Below the pieces are notes generated by a model. The model searched no databases and was not told the DNA's origin. It saw only the letters and a program-made list of their open reading frames with translations. Below are positions 8,118-18,023 of a DNA stretch of 57,109 nucleotides, in pieces (the first letter of the stretch is position 1; the number at the start of each line of letters is the position of its first letter). The DNA is taken from positions 1 through 57,109 of IMG/VR virus record IMGVR_UViG_3300029113_000006; one strand, given 5' to 3'. The position numbers and the translations under genes are program-made. The stretch is from a virus.

Positions 8118-10643
8118 TTAAAGCAAAATCTTTTTGCCGTTGCCGACTTTAGTCGTGGACGGAAGCGTGAAAGCAGGGCTGAACTTGTTAGAGCTCCAAG
8201 CATTGTACTGCTCTGTGAGGAAAAAAATCCTACCTGCACTAGACGTTCCAAGACTGTAAGTCCCAACGAGTTGGCCCACGATATGGTTTCCATCAAAATC
8301 TCGCAATGCAGGGGAACGTGACCATCTGCGGATAAGACGATTGACGGAATCATCATAAGACTGAACAAAAACATTTCGGGTTTGCTTTGGTAGTACAGAA
8401 CCTTCTTTTTTGAAAAATGGGTTACTGCCATTTACATAAACATCTGCGTTTTTGTCTTCCGGGTCAAACATCTCATAAATAGACGGGAGAAAAACACTGC
8501 GAGAAAGCGTTCTGATTTCCGTAGTGCTACCGCCTACCGTGTAATAGAAAGAGGTAAGTCCCATTGCGGACTTGACGGTATCGCTAAATCTGTTTGCGTA
8601 ATCTCCCTTCAACAGCCTGTCGATGGAGCTTCCGTCGTATGTATTGACGTGCGTCTGGTTCCACACTGTTTCAGCAAGAGGTTCTTTCCTGATAAGAAGT
8701 GTTCTTCCGGGACCATTTAAGCCAGGCTCATACTCATGTTTTGCAACAACAAACTCCACATCCGCACCACTTTCTTGAATGTAAACAGACGATCCTTCCG
8801 GCATATCCGACAAAGACGGAGCCTGACTGATAACGTTGCACTTTGCAGATACGGAAGATACGAAGGCTGTGACTACGGCATCTCCACTGGAAGCAAAAGA
8901 AATGTCGCAAGCAGAAACGCCGCCTTTATTGGAAACCACGGAAATGGAAACAACGCCGGGAGGAGATGCTTCCCATCCGATTGCTGGGGAATCCTCTGAG
9001 GAAGGAACAAGCGTTGCGGTTAGCCGAACGGTCTCTCCAGGAGCCACAAAAACGGAACCCTTGTCAAGTCTAAGGGCACTCGCGCTTTCCACCATATATC
9101 CTTCCATCGTCCCTTTAAAACAGCCATTAAATGTATACTTGGCATCCGTAACGAGAACGTTCGATGCATATCCAAACTGATGGTTTGCTCTAACAAAAGA
9201 CAACGCATCAATATGGGGGCTTGCACGAAATTCCAAGTTTACCTTTCTTCTGTTAGAAAGAAGTGCGTATGTTTCGGTCAACGCATTTTTTGCGCTAGAA
9301 GATACAGATTTCGATATAAGCGGATTGTTGATGCTTTGGGTCGCTCCGTTCCCACTAGATCCGGCTGGATAAAAAACGGATTCGCCGCCAACCTTGCACG
9401 ATACGTTTTTTATTTTTGTCGAAAACGTTATTTCTGGGTATTTAAAGCTATTCAAAAGCGATATTTCCTCGATACCAGACCTCGTGACTGGAACAAGAGG
9501 GACACGTTCAATGTGAATGACCCCATCTCTGGATTGGTAAAGAGCCATCCCGGCTGCGTTTGCGGCAAGCTGAAGGACGTCTGCGTTTTTGTAGGAAGAA
9601 GTATCGGAGGAAATGTCGCAAGAATAGTTCTTTAATTCTTCCGAAATTTCGTAAGATATTCCGGAAACATCCAGAAGTTCCAACGCATCAAAGCACATCT
9701 GATAAAGCGTTCCGCTCGTGTGCCCAGTATAGATGGAATCTTGGAGGAAAGACAAAGCGTCCCTGGCATCAAACGACGCCGTTATGCCATTTGCCGGAAT
9801 TGTCCATCCAGAAAGAAAGAACTTTCCTCCGTCAATCCATTCGATTGTATCGCCCATGTCCATGCCGTACTGAACCGAAATCTCTTGACGTTCATAAAGA
9901 TACTTGTAAAGTCCACCTGGATTCACGGGGTTCCAGCGTTGTTCGGAGTTGTCAACAGAAAACGAAACGGAATCTTTGGAAAGCTGCCCAGAAATCGGGT
10001 CGCGTTTTGATTCATGCGTATAAGAAAGCAAATCCGCTTTGCTAAATTGGACACGCAGACCAAATTCAACTTGTTCTACTCTAGCTCTACGGCCTTGGAT
10101 GCACCATTCCAAAATTTCAAGGGTAATTGAATCATACCCAGAAATCTCAAAATCTACAGAGGATTCAACCGACTGGTTATCGTCAACTTGTTTTGACGCA
10201 ACGAGCTCCTTTCCGCTATAAGCCGCCAACCTAAAAGATTTTGCAAATTCATTTAAAGCAGACGACCATATGATTGTAACCCCTGGGATTTTTTCAGAGT
10301 GCAGTTTGCTAAAAGAGAAAGTGATAATCGGATGGTTTGCATCAGAAACGCAATCCATGCTTACATATCCGGTATTCTCGTAAGGCTCCGAATCCGGGAC
10401 CAAAATCTTACTTCCATCAAGGAGCCATAAATTGGGTTCTCCGGTGGCATAGCAGCTGGAATGAGCAGAATCTAGGTTGGTGACTGACGAAGTGTCACTG
10501 AACAAAGCCTGGCTAGAGGAACTAGCGATTGCGTCCGTTTGTGCTTTATCGTCAGAAGCATGGTAAGTGATACGAACAAACATCTCAGGAACAAGCGTTT
10601 TGTTATACTCGTCAAGCCACTTGTCGGAAGGCTGAAAGTTCAT
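8118..10643 (-). CDS. Tail tip / Tal-like minor structural protein (841 aa)
   Basis: Size and position two genes after the tape measure; Ig-like segment near residue 550. Confidence 0.6.
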   Translation of the reverse strand: MNFQPSDKWLDEYNKTLVPEMFVRITYHASDDKAQTDAIASSSSQALFSDTSSVTNLDSAHSSCYATGEPNLWLLDGSKILVPDSEPYENTGYVSMDCVSDANHPIITFSFSKLHSEKIPGVTIIWSSALNEFAKSFRLAAYSGKELVASKQVDDNQSVESSVDFEISGYDSITLEILEWCIQGRRARVEQVEFGLRVQFSKADLLSYTHESKRDPISGQLSKDSVSFSVDNSEQRWNPVNPGGLYKYLYERQEISVQYGMDMGDTIEWIDGGKFFLSGWTIPANGITASFDARDALSFLQDSIYTGHTSGTLYQMCFDALELLDVSGISYEISEELKNYSCDISSDTSSYKNADVLQLAANAAGMALYQSRDGVIHIERVPLVPVTRSGIEEISLLNSFKYPEITFSTKIKNVSCKVGGESVFYPAGSSGNGATQSINNPLISKSVSSSAKNALTETYALLSNRRKVNLEFRASPHIDALSFVRANHQFGYASNVLVTDAKYTFNGCFKGTMEGYMVESASALRLDKGSVFVAPGETVRLTATLVPSSEDSPAIGWEASPPGVVSISVVSNKGGVSACDISFASSGDAVVTAFVSSVSAKCNVISQAPSLSDMPEGSSVYIQESGADVEFVVAKHEYEPGLNGPGRTLLIRKEPLAETVWNQTHVNTYDGSSIDRLLKGDYANRFSDTVKSAMGLTSFYYTVGGSTTEIRTLSRSVFLPSIYEMFDPEDKNADVYVNGSNPFFKKEGSVLPKQTRNVFVQSYDDSVNRLIRRWSRSPALRDFDGNHIVGQLVGTYSLGTSSAGRIFFLTEQYNAWSSNKFSPAFTLPSTTKVGNGKKILL

Positions 10644-10658
10644 GAATGACCACCTCTC

Positions 10659-11027
10659 TTAAACTTCAACGAGGCTGAGAGCTGCTCCTACCCACCCCAT
10701 AACGTTTCCGTTGGACGGAGACCTCCTCCACATTCCAGCAGTTCTATCGGAGACGTACATCTGCCTTGTCGTGTAACTTGCTGTCGCCTGGTTATAAAAC
10801 CGAACAGTGCAGTAAAAGTTTGTGGTGAACGGCCCGATAATGTCTGCCCACTGTCTTGCGGTAAGATAGTTCCATTTTAGGGAAATCTTCGCAACATCGT
10901 GCCGCACCACAGACCCAACGACTTTGCCTTGTACGTTTCGTCCAGAATCGACTATAGTGCTTGTTGTAGCGTCGTAGGAGGAAGGCTCAGGCAGCTCTCT
11001 GCCATTTACTGTGACGAGAGATTGCAT
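10659..11027 (-). CDS. Small distal tail protein candidate
   Basis: First gene after the tape measure. Confidence 0.45.
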   Translation of the reverse strand: MQSLVTVNGRELPEPSSYDATTSTIVDSGRNVQGKVVGSVVRHDVAKISLKWNYLTARQWADIIGPFTTNFYCTVRFYNQATASYTTRQMYVSDRTAGMWRRSPSNGNVMGWVGAALSLVEV

Positions 11028-11042
11028 AAAACGTAAACCTCC

Positions 11043-14000
11043 TTAGTAGCTGTAAACTTCGTTTCCCATAATCTGGAACCCACGCTCAGATTGCCGTTTC
11101 TCAACGGACGCAGTGATTTGCTTACCATCAAGGTAAATCTTGAGCTCTTTCCCTCCGGTAAGCTCGTCTCCGTACCGCTGGAAGATGTCAAGGAATGCGT
11201 TATAACACCCATCGTGGACGGCACTACGGAGTTCTGCGGAGCTCGCTCCGCTATTGGAAGAACTTGGGTAATAACTACCGGAAGATGTATTGGAGCCATT
11301 GGCGGAATCATAATCGCTCGTGCCAGGGTAGCTCGAGTAGTTATTGTCTACGGACGGGCTGGAGCTTGTTCCGTACTTTCCAACAAGCGTTCCGACAATT
11401 CCTGCGATGGCTGCTGCAATTGCAACGCCGCCAGCGATCATGATGACACCAGTTGGGATGCCAAGAGATGTCAAGACGCTGCCGATCGTCTGCAAGATGC
11501 CCATAAATGCAGCTCCAATTTGACCGATAAGCCCGGCAATGCCAGCGATGATAGACGGGAACTGACTTAAAACGCCAGAAGAAAGGCCAATACTAATCGC
11601 CTTGCCGGATGCCGAGATTGGTCCGATCAGAGAAGAAAACGAGGACGCAATTTTACTTCCGAGACCGACGACCTGCGTGGAGATTTCGCCAAACTTGGAT
11701 GTAATTCCATCCAAAATGTTCTTTCCGACGAGTTTTGCAGAAGAAAATACTTTGGAACCAACGGTTTTAAGAGCACTGGTGAGATTGGAAACCAAGTCGG
11801 AAGCATAAGACTTGACCTGTTTTCGGTTCTCTTCCCCCATTGCCTTCCAGATGATGGCAGCTGTGTTTTCGGCGACGGTTTGGATATCGCCTTTCTTGAC
11901 CGCATCAATCATGCCCTTAATCGTTCCGATAAAATCATTCTTCAGCCCGTTGTCGATTTCATTCCACTTTGCGTCGAACGTATTGACCATGTTATCAACA
12001 AAGCCATTCGCAACGTCTGCGCCATAGTCAATCATCTCGTTGCCCTTCTGCTGAACAGCGTTTGCCAGATTGGTCATAGCTTGTTCAACGTAAGGAAGTG
12101 CTGCAGTGATACCGTTTGCAAGACCTTGGTCGATAAATTCACCAAAGCGCTCAAATAGAGCGGAGGGAGAATGAATTTCAGTATCGGTCGTGAACTTGTC
12201 AATGATAGCTTTGGCAAGATTTGCCGCAGCGCCTTTTGCAGTTTCAATGCCGCTTTTGATACCATTTACGAGGCCCTGCCAAATGTTTTTGCCTGCTTCA
12301 AACATTTTGGAAGGAAGAGAAACAATAGCATTTGCAACGGCTGTTACCATATCGGAAGCAGCTTTTGCGGCATCTTTTGCCCACGTTTTGATATCATCGA
12401 TAAATCCACGAACAGCTCTCGCACCGTTTTCGACGTGTTCATCGAGATGTACGAACCATGTAACAACATCCTTTACCCAATTGATAAGGTCAGCAAAACC
12501 AAGAACCGCCTTTTCGATGAAGTTACCGTTCATTTGAATATCAAGACGGTCGGTTTCACTCACTCCATTGGTAATCCATCCGACAAACACTCCAACATCG
12601 TGAATCAGCTGAGCAATGCCCATGACGGCATTCTCGATGAAATTACCGTTCATCTGTAAGTCAAGCCTATCGGTTTCGGAAACACCGTTCTGAATCCATC
12701 CAATAAAAATTGCGAAATCATTGATAAGGTTTCCGATGGCTGTAATTGCGTTACCTACAAAATCAGCAACTTTTTCGCCCATAGACTTGAAAGCGTTGAA
12801 CCAGTCCGTTTCCATCTCAAAAGATTCTTTTTGGCTTTCGCTACCAAGGCCACGAACTGCAACAGTGATAGCTTCAAAACCAAGAACAGCAAGACCGGCT
12901 ACAGGATGGCCACTAACAATAAGACCGATGCCCATAAGTGTTGTGATTAAATCGCCAACATCAAGATCAAGGTCTTTTACAACGTCAGAGATTGTTTCGA
13001 ACGCAGAAGAAATGCCCTCCTGCCAACTTTCTGGAATGAGATTCCAGATTACTTGCTTTAAGTTGGAAAAAGACTCTTTCAGGTATTTGATGGATTCTCC
13101 GAGTTTTCCATCTGTAAGCGATATATTCCAACCCTGCCTAAGCCCTTCCGCAGCAAGGTAAATCATAGCTCGAACACGTTCAAGGCCTTTTCGGAACGCC
13201 TCACTGTTTTGGTATAGGTCAACAAAACGAGCGACCATGATGCCAACAGCGACAGCTGCTCCCATAATGGGAGACTTCCAAAGTTTGAGAATGCCCTCAA
13301 TCAAGGTTCCGTCGCCTTTGATTTTGCTAAGAGCATCCATCAAAGCGTTGCCAATAGCCCACGTTGCAAATCCGGCAGCGATACCAGCAACCAAAGGAGC
13401 CAACTTTTCCAATTTCGCTTTGACTTCATCAATCGTCGTACCGATGTAGTCCTTGAACATATCGTAGCCGGACAGGTCTACATCGCCTAAGATATTGCCA
13501 GCAGATGCACCGCCGCCAGAGCCGGAGCTTCCTTGCGTAGGGTCAATGATGTTGAGTTCATCAAAGCCCATCGTGTAGTCCTTGAGGGCTTTGGTAGCTT
13601 TCTTTGTCGAATCGGCCGTGTTATCCATTGCGTCACCGATGCCGCCAACGCTGTCAGCGCTTTTAGTGAAATCAGTAAACACGACCTTCACGCCCATTAG
13701 CTTTGCCACCCACTCAACAAACTCTCGAATGAGCTGAACAGCGGCAATCAGCGGGGGGAGAATGGCTTTCAGGGCAGGGTAGAGCAGAGATCCAACAGAC
13801 TTTGCCAGCATATCCAGCTGGGCTTTCAGAATCTTAATCTGGTTCGCAGGACTTTGGATGGTCTGTGCAAGGTTGCCCTGCACATTGGCAGTCTGCTTCA
13901 TAATGGCAATGTAACGCAGAACCGCTTTATCTGCCTGGGACAGGCTAGAGACTTGCTTGTTAAAGCCCAAGGCAAGAAGTTCCTGCTGCAACCGCGCCTG

Positions 14001-15077
14001 AGACAGGTCAACGCCAAGACGGCGAATAGGTTCAATCTCGCCAGAGATAGCAGAGGACATTGCGGTAAAGGTTTCGGCAACATCCTTGTTCCAATAAGAA
14101 CCCTCATCATAGGCAAGCTGGGTTAAATTCTTAGAAAGAACGTAAGCCTTGTCGCTAGCCAAACCAAACGAAGTGCCTAAGCTCTGGATGGTAGCCATGT
14201 AGGTCATCGCTTTGGTCGGGTCAACGCCAAGTAAGCCCTGCATCTTGCTAATGAGTGTATCGGCTTCACCGCTCAAATTGCCCATAGCATTATGAAACAG
14301 GTCTGTTGCTTCATAGAAGTCGTTGAACTTTGCAACAGCATTGCCAAGATACTCAGCAATAGCTTTCAGCGAAACCAGCTTTGCCATGTTTCGCATAAAA
14401 CCGCTCATCTGGTTAGACAGGCTGAGATAACTTTTTTTCTGCCGTTCGTTGGCAGCCGTCACACGGTTTGCCTGTGTGACCACTTTGCTCAACTGCGACG
14501 GCAGCTTTGCAAAGGCGTTGCCAACCTTGTCAAGCTGCGAAGCAAGCGGAGTGAGAGCAGTAGAGATTTTATTGCAGGAATCCGAGAAAGCATCAAGGTC
14601 AGCTGCTTTCAGCTTTTCGGACAGGTCAGGGATTTTCCCGATGGCGTTGACTGCGCTTCCGATCGCCTTCAGCCCGGAAGCGTCCAGAATGGACAGGGGA
14701 GCCATTGCGTTTGTCAGTTCAGTAATGCTGTCGGACATGGAGTAGAAGTCCACGCCATTCAAGCCGGACACGGCAGCAGGGATTTTCTTGATGGCGTTAA
14801 CAACGCTGTTAATGCTTTTCACACTGCCGGAAAAGTTTGCGTTGCCGATGCCATTCAGAAAATTCGTGATGTTGTCCAGCCCAGACAGGCCAGTGGATGC
14901 CTGTTTCAGCGCAGAAATGGAAGCGGACAGCTTGTCAAGGCTGTTCACAACCTTCGTGACGTTGCCCTTTGTACGCAAATTAGAAATGGCGGTAGCGAGC
15001 TTGTCGATATTAAGCTCCGCACCCTGCGATTCCGCAGAAATCTCTACGGATAAGCTCGTAATATCAACATCAGCCAT
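11043..15077 (-). CDS. Tape measure protein (about 1344 aa)
   Basis: Length, helical/TM-rich composition, position after the G/GT chaperones; ATG 15077 overlaps the GT stop. Confidence 0.9.
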   Translation of the reverse strand: MADVDITSLSVEISAESQGAELNIDKLATAISNLRTKGNVTKVVNSLDKLSASISALKQASTGLSGLDNITNFLNGIGNANFSGSVKSINSVVNAIKKIPAAVSGLNGVDFYSMSDSITELTNAMAPLSILDASGLKAIGSAVNAIGKIPDLSEKLKAADLDAFSDSCNKISTALTPLASQLDKVGNAFAKLPSQLSKVVTQANRVTAANERQKKSYLSLSNQMSGFMRNMAKLVSLKAIAEYLGNAVAKFNDFYEATDLFHNAMGNLSGEADTLISKMQGLLGVDPTKAMTYMATIQSLGTSFGLASDKAYVLSKNLTQLAYDEGSYWNKDVAETFTAMSSAISGEIEPIRRLGVDLSQARLQQELLALGFNKQVSSLSQADKAVLRYIAIMKQTANVQGNLAQTIQSPANQIKILKAQLDMLAKSVGSLLYPALKAILPPLIAAVQLIREFVEWVAKLMGVKVVFTDFTKSADSVGGIGDAMDNTADSTKKATKALKDYTMGFDELNIIDPTQGSSGSGGGASAGNILGDVDLSGYDMFKDYIGTTIDEVKAKLEKLAPLVAGIAAGFATWAIGNALMDALSKIKGDGTLIEGILKLWKSPIMGAAVAVGIMVARFVDLYQNSEAFRKGLERVRAMIYLAAEGLRQGWNISLTDGKLGESIKYLKESFSNLKQVIWNLIPESWQEGISSAFETISDVVKDLDLDVGDLITTLMGIGLIVSGHPVAGLAVLGFEAITVAVRGLGSESQKESFEMETDWFNAFKSMGEKVADFVGNAITAIGNLINDFAIFIGWIQNGVSETDRLDLQMNGNFIENAVMGIAQLIHDVGVFVGWITNGVSETDRLDIQMNGNFIEKAVLGFADLINWVKDVVTWFVHLDEHVENGARAVRGFIDDIKTWAKDAAKAASDMVTAVANAIVSLPSKMFEAGKNIWQGLVNGIKSGIETAKGAAANLAKAIIDKFTTDTEIHSPSALFERFGEFIDQGLANGITAALPYVEQAMTNLANAVQQKGNEMIDYGADVANGFVDNMVNTFDAKWNEIDNGLKNDFIGTIKGMIDAVKKGDIQTVAENTAAIIWKAMGEENRKQVKSYASDLVSNLTSALKTVGSKVFSSAKLVGKNILDGITSKFGEISTQVVGLGSKIASSFSSLIGPISASGKAISIGLSSGVLSQFPSIIAGIAGLIGQIGAAFMGILQTIGSVLTSLGIPTGVIMIAGGVAIAAAIAGIVGTLVGKYGTSSSPSVDNNYSSYPGTSDYDSANGSNTSSGSYYPSSSNSGASSAELRSAVHDGCYNAFLDIFQRYGDELTGGKELKIYLDGKQITASVEKRQSERGFQIMGNEVYSY
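12489..12728 (-). repeat. Tandem 2 x 120-bp (40-aa) duplication inside the tape measure gene
   Basis: ...FIGWIQNGVSETDRLDLQMNGNFIENAV... / ...FVGWITNGVSETDRLDIQMNGNFIEKAV... Confidence 0.8.
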
Positions 15078-15504
15078 CACTACCACCATCACTTTCCATC
15101 ATAGAGAACATCATTCTCTTGATTTGCTCCTGCGCCTCAACTGCGCGTTGGTATTCATACTCGTCTTTCTCCTTTTGAGTAAGGGGAAGCGGTCTATCCA
15201 TATACTTGATGGGCTTAGACCCTTTCTTACGGAACATATTGCCAACCGTAGAGGAAAGCGCAGATGCCATGTAAAAGCCGTTTCTCCACGCTTCTGTGTT
15301 GGCTCTGCGTTCCCGCAGCTCCTCTGCGTCACGGTAGACCTTCGCCAGCCAGACATCGCCGTACCAAAACTGGTCGTAGGTCATGCCGATGGAAATGTAA
15401 TAGGCTTCTACATCGTGGAACAGCTTAGAGAAAGAGAATGGCTCTTCCTCTCCGTCCGTTTCCTGAGATTGTGCGGTTACACAATCTCCCACGTTGCGTT
15501 TTTT
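15070..15504 (-). CDS. gpT-like extension reached by -1 frameshift (G-T fusion reads 15824->15070)
   Basis: After slipping at A_AAA_AAC the -1 frame reads ...AKKRNVGDCVTAQSQETDG..., which is the ORF 15070..15492 product. Confidence 0.6.
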   Translation of the reverse strand, partial: KKRNVGDCVTAQSQETDGEEEPFSFSKLFHDVEAYYISIGMTYDQFWYGDVWLAKVYRDAEELRERRANTEAWRNGFYMASALSSTVGNMFRKKGSKPIKYMDRPLPLTQKEKDEYEYQRAVEAQEQIKRMMFSMMESDGGSDG

Positions 15505-15824
15505 GCGGTCTTGTCCTCAGTGTCAGTTGCCAGCAGAGACTTGGAAGCGTCCATGAACATCTCAAGCAGCGCAGCCATCAGCTCTTCCTTCTCGTCGATG
15601 TGGGCAAACATTTCGTCCACGACTTTACGCTTGATGCCACGATTCCGGGCGATAAACGCGCCGTAGAACAGGGCGCGGGAGTTGGACAGCAGGTTGGTCA
15701 TCTGGGTGTACTGGCCAATCTGAAAGCCTGCACGTTCGGTAGCTTCCACGCTGTCACGGGTAAAAGTCAGTTCGTAAATATTCTTGCCATCGGGGGAATG
15801 AAAATTGATAACCTTTGCAGCCAT
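15477..15824 (-). CDS. Tail assembly chaperone (gpG-like)
   Basis: 115 aa between the major tail protein and tape measure; slippery site near its 3' end. Confidence 0.7.
   Translation of the reverse strand: MAAKVINFHSPDGKNIYELTFTRDSVEATERAGFQIGQYTQMTNLLSNSRALFYGAFIARNRGIKRKVVDEMFAHIDEKEELMAALLEMFMDASKSLLATDTEDKTAKNATWEIV
15498..15504 (-). promoter_or_regulatory. -1 programmed ribosomal frameshift heptamer A_AAA_AAC
   Basis: Zero-frame codons GCA AAA AAC lie 6 codons before the G stop; canonical X_XXY_YYZ pattern. Confidence 0.65.
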
Positions 15825-15848
15825 AATAAATGCTCTCCTTTATAAATA

Positions 15849-15882
15849 GGGGCAGAACCAAATCCGATGTTCAGTTCTGCCC
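15849..15882 (-). terminator. Intra-operon hairpin after the major tail gene (attenuator candidate)
   Basis: GGGGCAGAAC...GTTCTGCCC stem in the 84-bp gap. Confidence 0.4.
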
Positions 15883-15908
15883 GGTTTGATTGATTTGATT
15901 TTTGCGGT

Positions 15909-16346
15909 TTAGCCGCCGTTGACAGTCAGGGTCTCGCTGAACTCAGGCTTCTTTGTGAAGATGCAGTTGATGGTCATTTCCACAACCTCGTCCACGCCGA
16001 AGCCGGACAAACCAACCTGATGCATACCCTGCCAAGAAAAGCCGGAGCCGTCCTGCATTTTCAGGGCGTAATACTTCACAGTGTTGCTCTCGGAAGTCTC
16101 ATCGTAGCCAGCTTCCTTGACCTTCTTGTAGTCAGTCTTATTGTAGTTGGCAGTAAAGGACTTGGTGTCACTCTGGATAATGCCAAAGATGTTGACCTGC
16201 ATGGGGTCAGACAAGGTGGTGGCATCCAGAAGGTTTGGCTCAGAAATCAGGTCGGGCACATCCTTAATGTCGCACAGCTTCGTCAGAGCGGTTGCGCTGT
16301 CGCCACAGTACAGGGTGGTATTCAGACCGGAGATAGCAGTACTCAT
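15909..16346 (-). CDS. Major tail protein
   Basis: 145 aa, immediately upstream of the chaperone pair. Confidence 0.65.
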   Translation of the reverse strand: MSTAISGLNTTLYCGDSATALTKLCDIKDVPDLISEPNLLDATTLSDPMQVNIFGIIQSDTKSFTANYNKTDYKKVKEAGYDETSESNTVKYYALKMQDGSGFSWQGMHQVGLSGFGVDEVVEMTINCIFTKKPEFSETLTVNGG

Positions 16347-16361
16347 AGAATGTTTACCTCC

Positions 16362-16763
16362 TTAGTTTCGGTAAATCATTCCGTCCTCTCCGATTGTTGC
16401 CCCATAGCTGCAATCAATCCGATAGACGGAATTGTTGTACAGCCCATTCAACGGGGCAAACGATTTTCGATAGAAATTGAGCGGTTCCAATACAGAATCC
16501 ACGATTCCAACGATGGAACGTGCTTCTGCAATGCGTCCGCTGGTTTTGTTGGAATATACACGCACACGAATGGAAACAGCGGCGTACTTGCTTCGGCTGG
16601 CAGAATCACGATGAACCGGGAGGTTGCTGTTTTCCTCTATCAGCACACAGGGAAACTTTTTGACATTGCTGTCATTGATTTCACCAGTAACGAAAATGCC
16701 GGGCACTTGCTTTCGCAGTTCTTTGGCAACGGACGTGAAGATAGAATTGAAATAATCAATCAA
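16362..16763 (-). CDS. Tail completion / neck protein
   Basis: Gene order. Confidence 0.45.
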   Translation of the reverse strand: MIDYFNSIFTSVAKELRKQVPGIFVTGEINDSNVKKFPCVLIEENSNLPVHRDSASRSKYAAVSIRVRVYSNKTSGRIAEARSIVGIVDSVLEPLNFYRKSFAPLNGLYNNSVYRIDCSYGATIGEDGMIYRN

Positions 16764-17287
16764 CTATTCCATACCTCCCTCCACGTTGCTTCTACTTGAG
16801 AAGCCATTTCTTCAACAGCCCCCCACATAGCCATAGCCGGTTCGTTGCCGCTGGTGTAGTTCAACTGACCTTTGCCATCAACCTGCTTAACAGGCGTGCC
16901 AGCGTTGCCAGATTCGCCGTAGTAGTACCAACGCTTGTGTTGTCCGTTCCCCTTGCCGTATGTTCCGTGTTCGCCAACTCCATCAGGAAGTTCGCCGCCA
17001 TAAGCGGAATGAGATACGCCAGTACCGAACTCAATGAACGCAACCGCTTTCCCGTGAGCTACAATTGCAAAGCCATTAGATGTCTGTACAGGGTCACGCT
17101 CAACTGTGACATCGTTGTCGCCAGCGTACTGTGCATTAGCAAACCTAACTGTTGCAACGTCAATGCCCTTTTGAGCCAATGCCCGCGCAAACTCCTGTGC
17201 TTTTTGATTCAGGGTGGTCTTGTACTCCTGTATCTGACGTTCCGCATCACGAAGTCCGGCATCGCTCAACCTCACTTTAATTTTCAC
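16760..17287 (-). CDS. Head-tail joining protein (HK97 gp10-like)
   Basis: Gene order; MKIKVRLSDAGLRDAERQ... N-terminus typical of this class. Confidence 0.5.
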   Translation of the reverse strand: MKIKVRLSDAGLRDAERQIQEYKTTLNQKAQEFARALAQKGIDVATVRFANAQYAGDNDVTVERDPVQTSNGFAIVAHGKAVAFIEFGTGVSHSAYGGELPDGVGEHGTYGKGNGQHKRWYYYGESGNAGTPVKQVDGKGQLNYTSGNEPAMAMWGAVEEMASQVEATWREVWNS

Positions 17288-17651
17288 TTGCAGCCACCTC
17301 TTTCAGCGCATACAACGTGTCCGTGATATGCTCTGCGACCTTGACCACAATGTAATTGAAGGGCTTTGAAACGTCCGTCTGAAACCAGACGTGCGTACCT
17401 TCATAAAGCGGTGTGTTGCGCTTTTTGCTGGATGAGCTGACAACATAGCTGTAATCCGTGAACACCCCAAAAGGGCTTGCTTCCGCAGAACCAGTAGGCG
17501 GGCTGACGTTCAGAATCAGCTTTGCAGGGTCACTCCACGTCTGCGATGTCTCGCCAGTTTCGTTTCCCCATTCGTCCACAACAGGCGTTTTCTCGCCAAC
17601 AGGGTTCGAGTACCACAGCGGGCGCTTGTCCAGCGGGCTTCCATTGAACAT
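17277..17651 (-). CDS. Head closure protein
   Basis: Gene order; start overlaps the upstream stop. Confidence 0.45.
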   Translation of the reverse strand: MFNGSPLDKRPLWYSNPVGEKTPVVDEWGNETGETSQTWSDPAKLILNVSPPTGSAEASPFGVFTDYSYVVSSSSKKRNTPLYEGTHVWFQTDVSKPFNYIVVKVAEHITDTLYALKEVAASEN

Positions 17652-17995
17652 CAGCCGATAACACCTACTCTCGGAACAACTTCATTCAGCAGGGACTGCG
17701 CCACATCGGAGCTTTCCCACACACGAGTGATGCCGTTGTTGGTATAGCTCGTCTGTCCATTTGCGCCGATGTGGTTGTACAGTTCCGCTGCAATGCGTAT
17801 CTGCAACGACTGATACTGCAAGGGCAGCTCGTCCGGTCTGTTGCCGAAGGGGTAGCCCTGTGCAAATATCTTGTCTTTAGCGAAATCAAGCAGCAGGTCG
17901 AAAAGTGGGTAGTCTTCGTCCGTGATTTCACGGTCAAGTGCAGGAGCAATGTACTGCCCCAGCTTGACTGCCGCTTCAGAATACTGGTCTCCCAT
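17651..17995 (-). CDS. Head-tail connector (gp6-like)
   Basis: Start moved to ATG 17995; first gene after the capsid. Confidence 0.5.
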   Translation of the reverse strand: MGDQYSEAAVKLGQYIAPALDREITDEDYPLFDLLLDFAKDKIFAQGYPFGNRPDELPLQYQSLQIRIAAELYNHIGANGQTSYTNNGITRVWESSDVAQSLLNEVVPRVGVIG

Positions 17996-18023
17996 GCTGA
18001 TTTCTTCCTTTCCCATTAGTAGG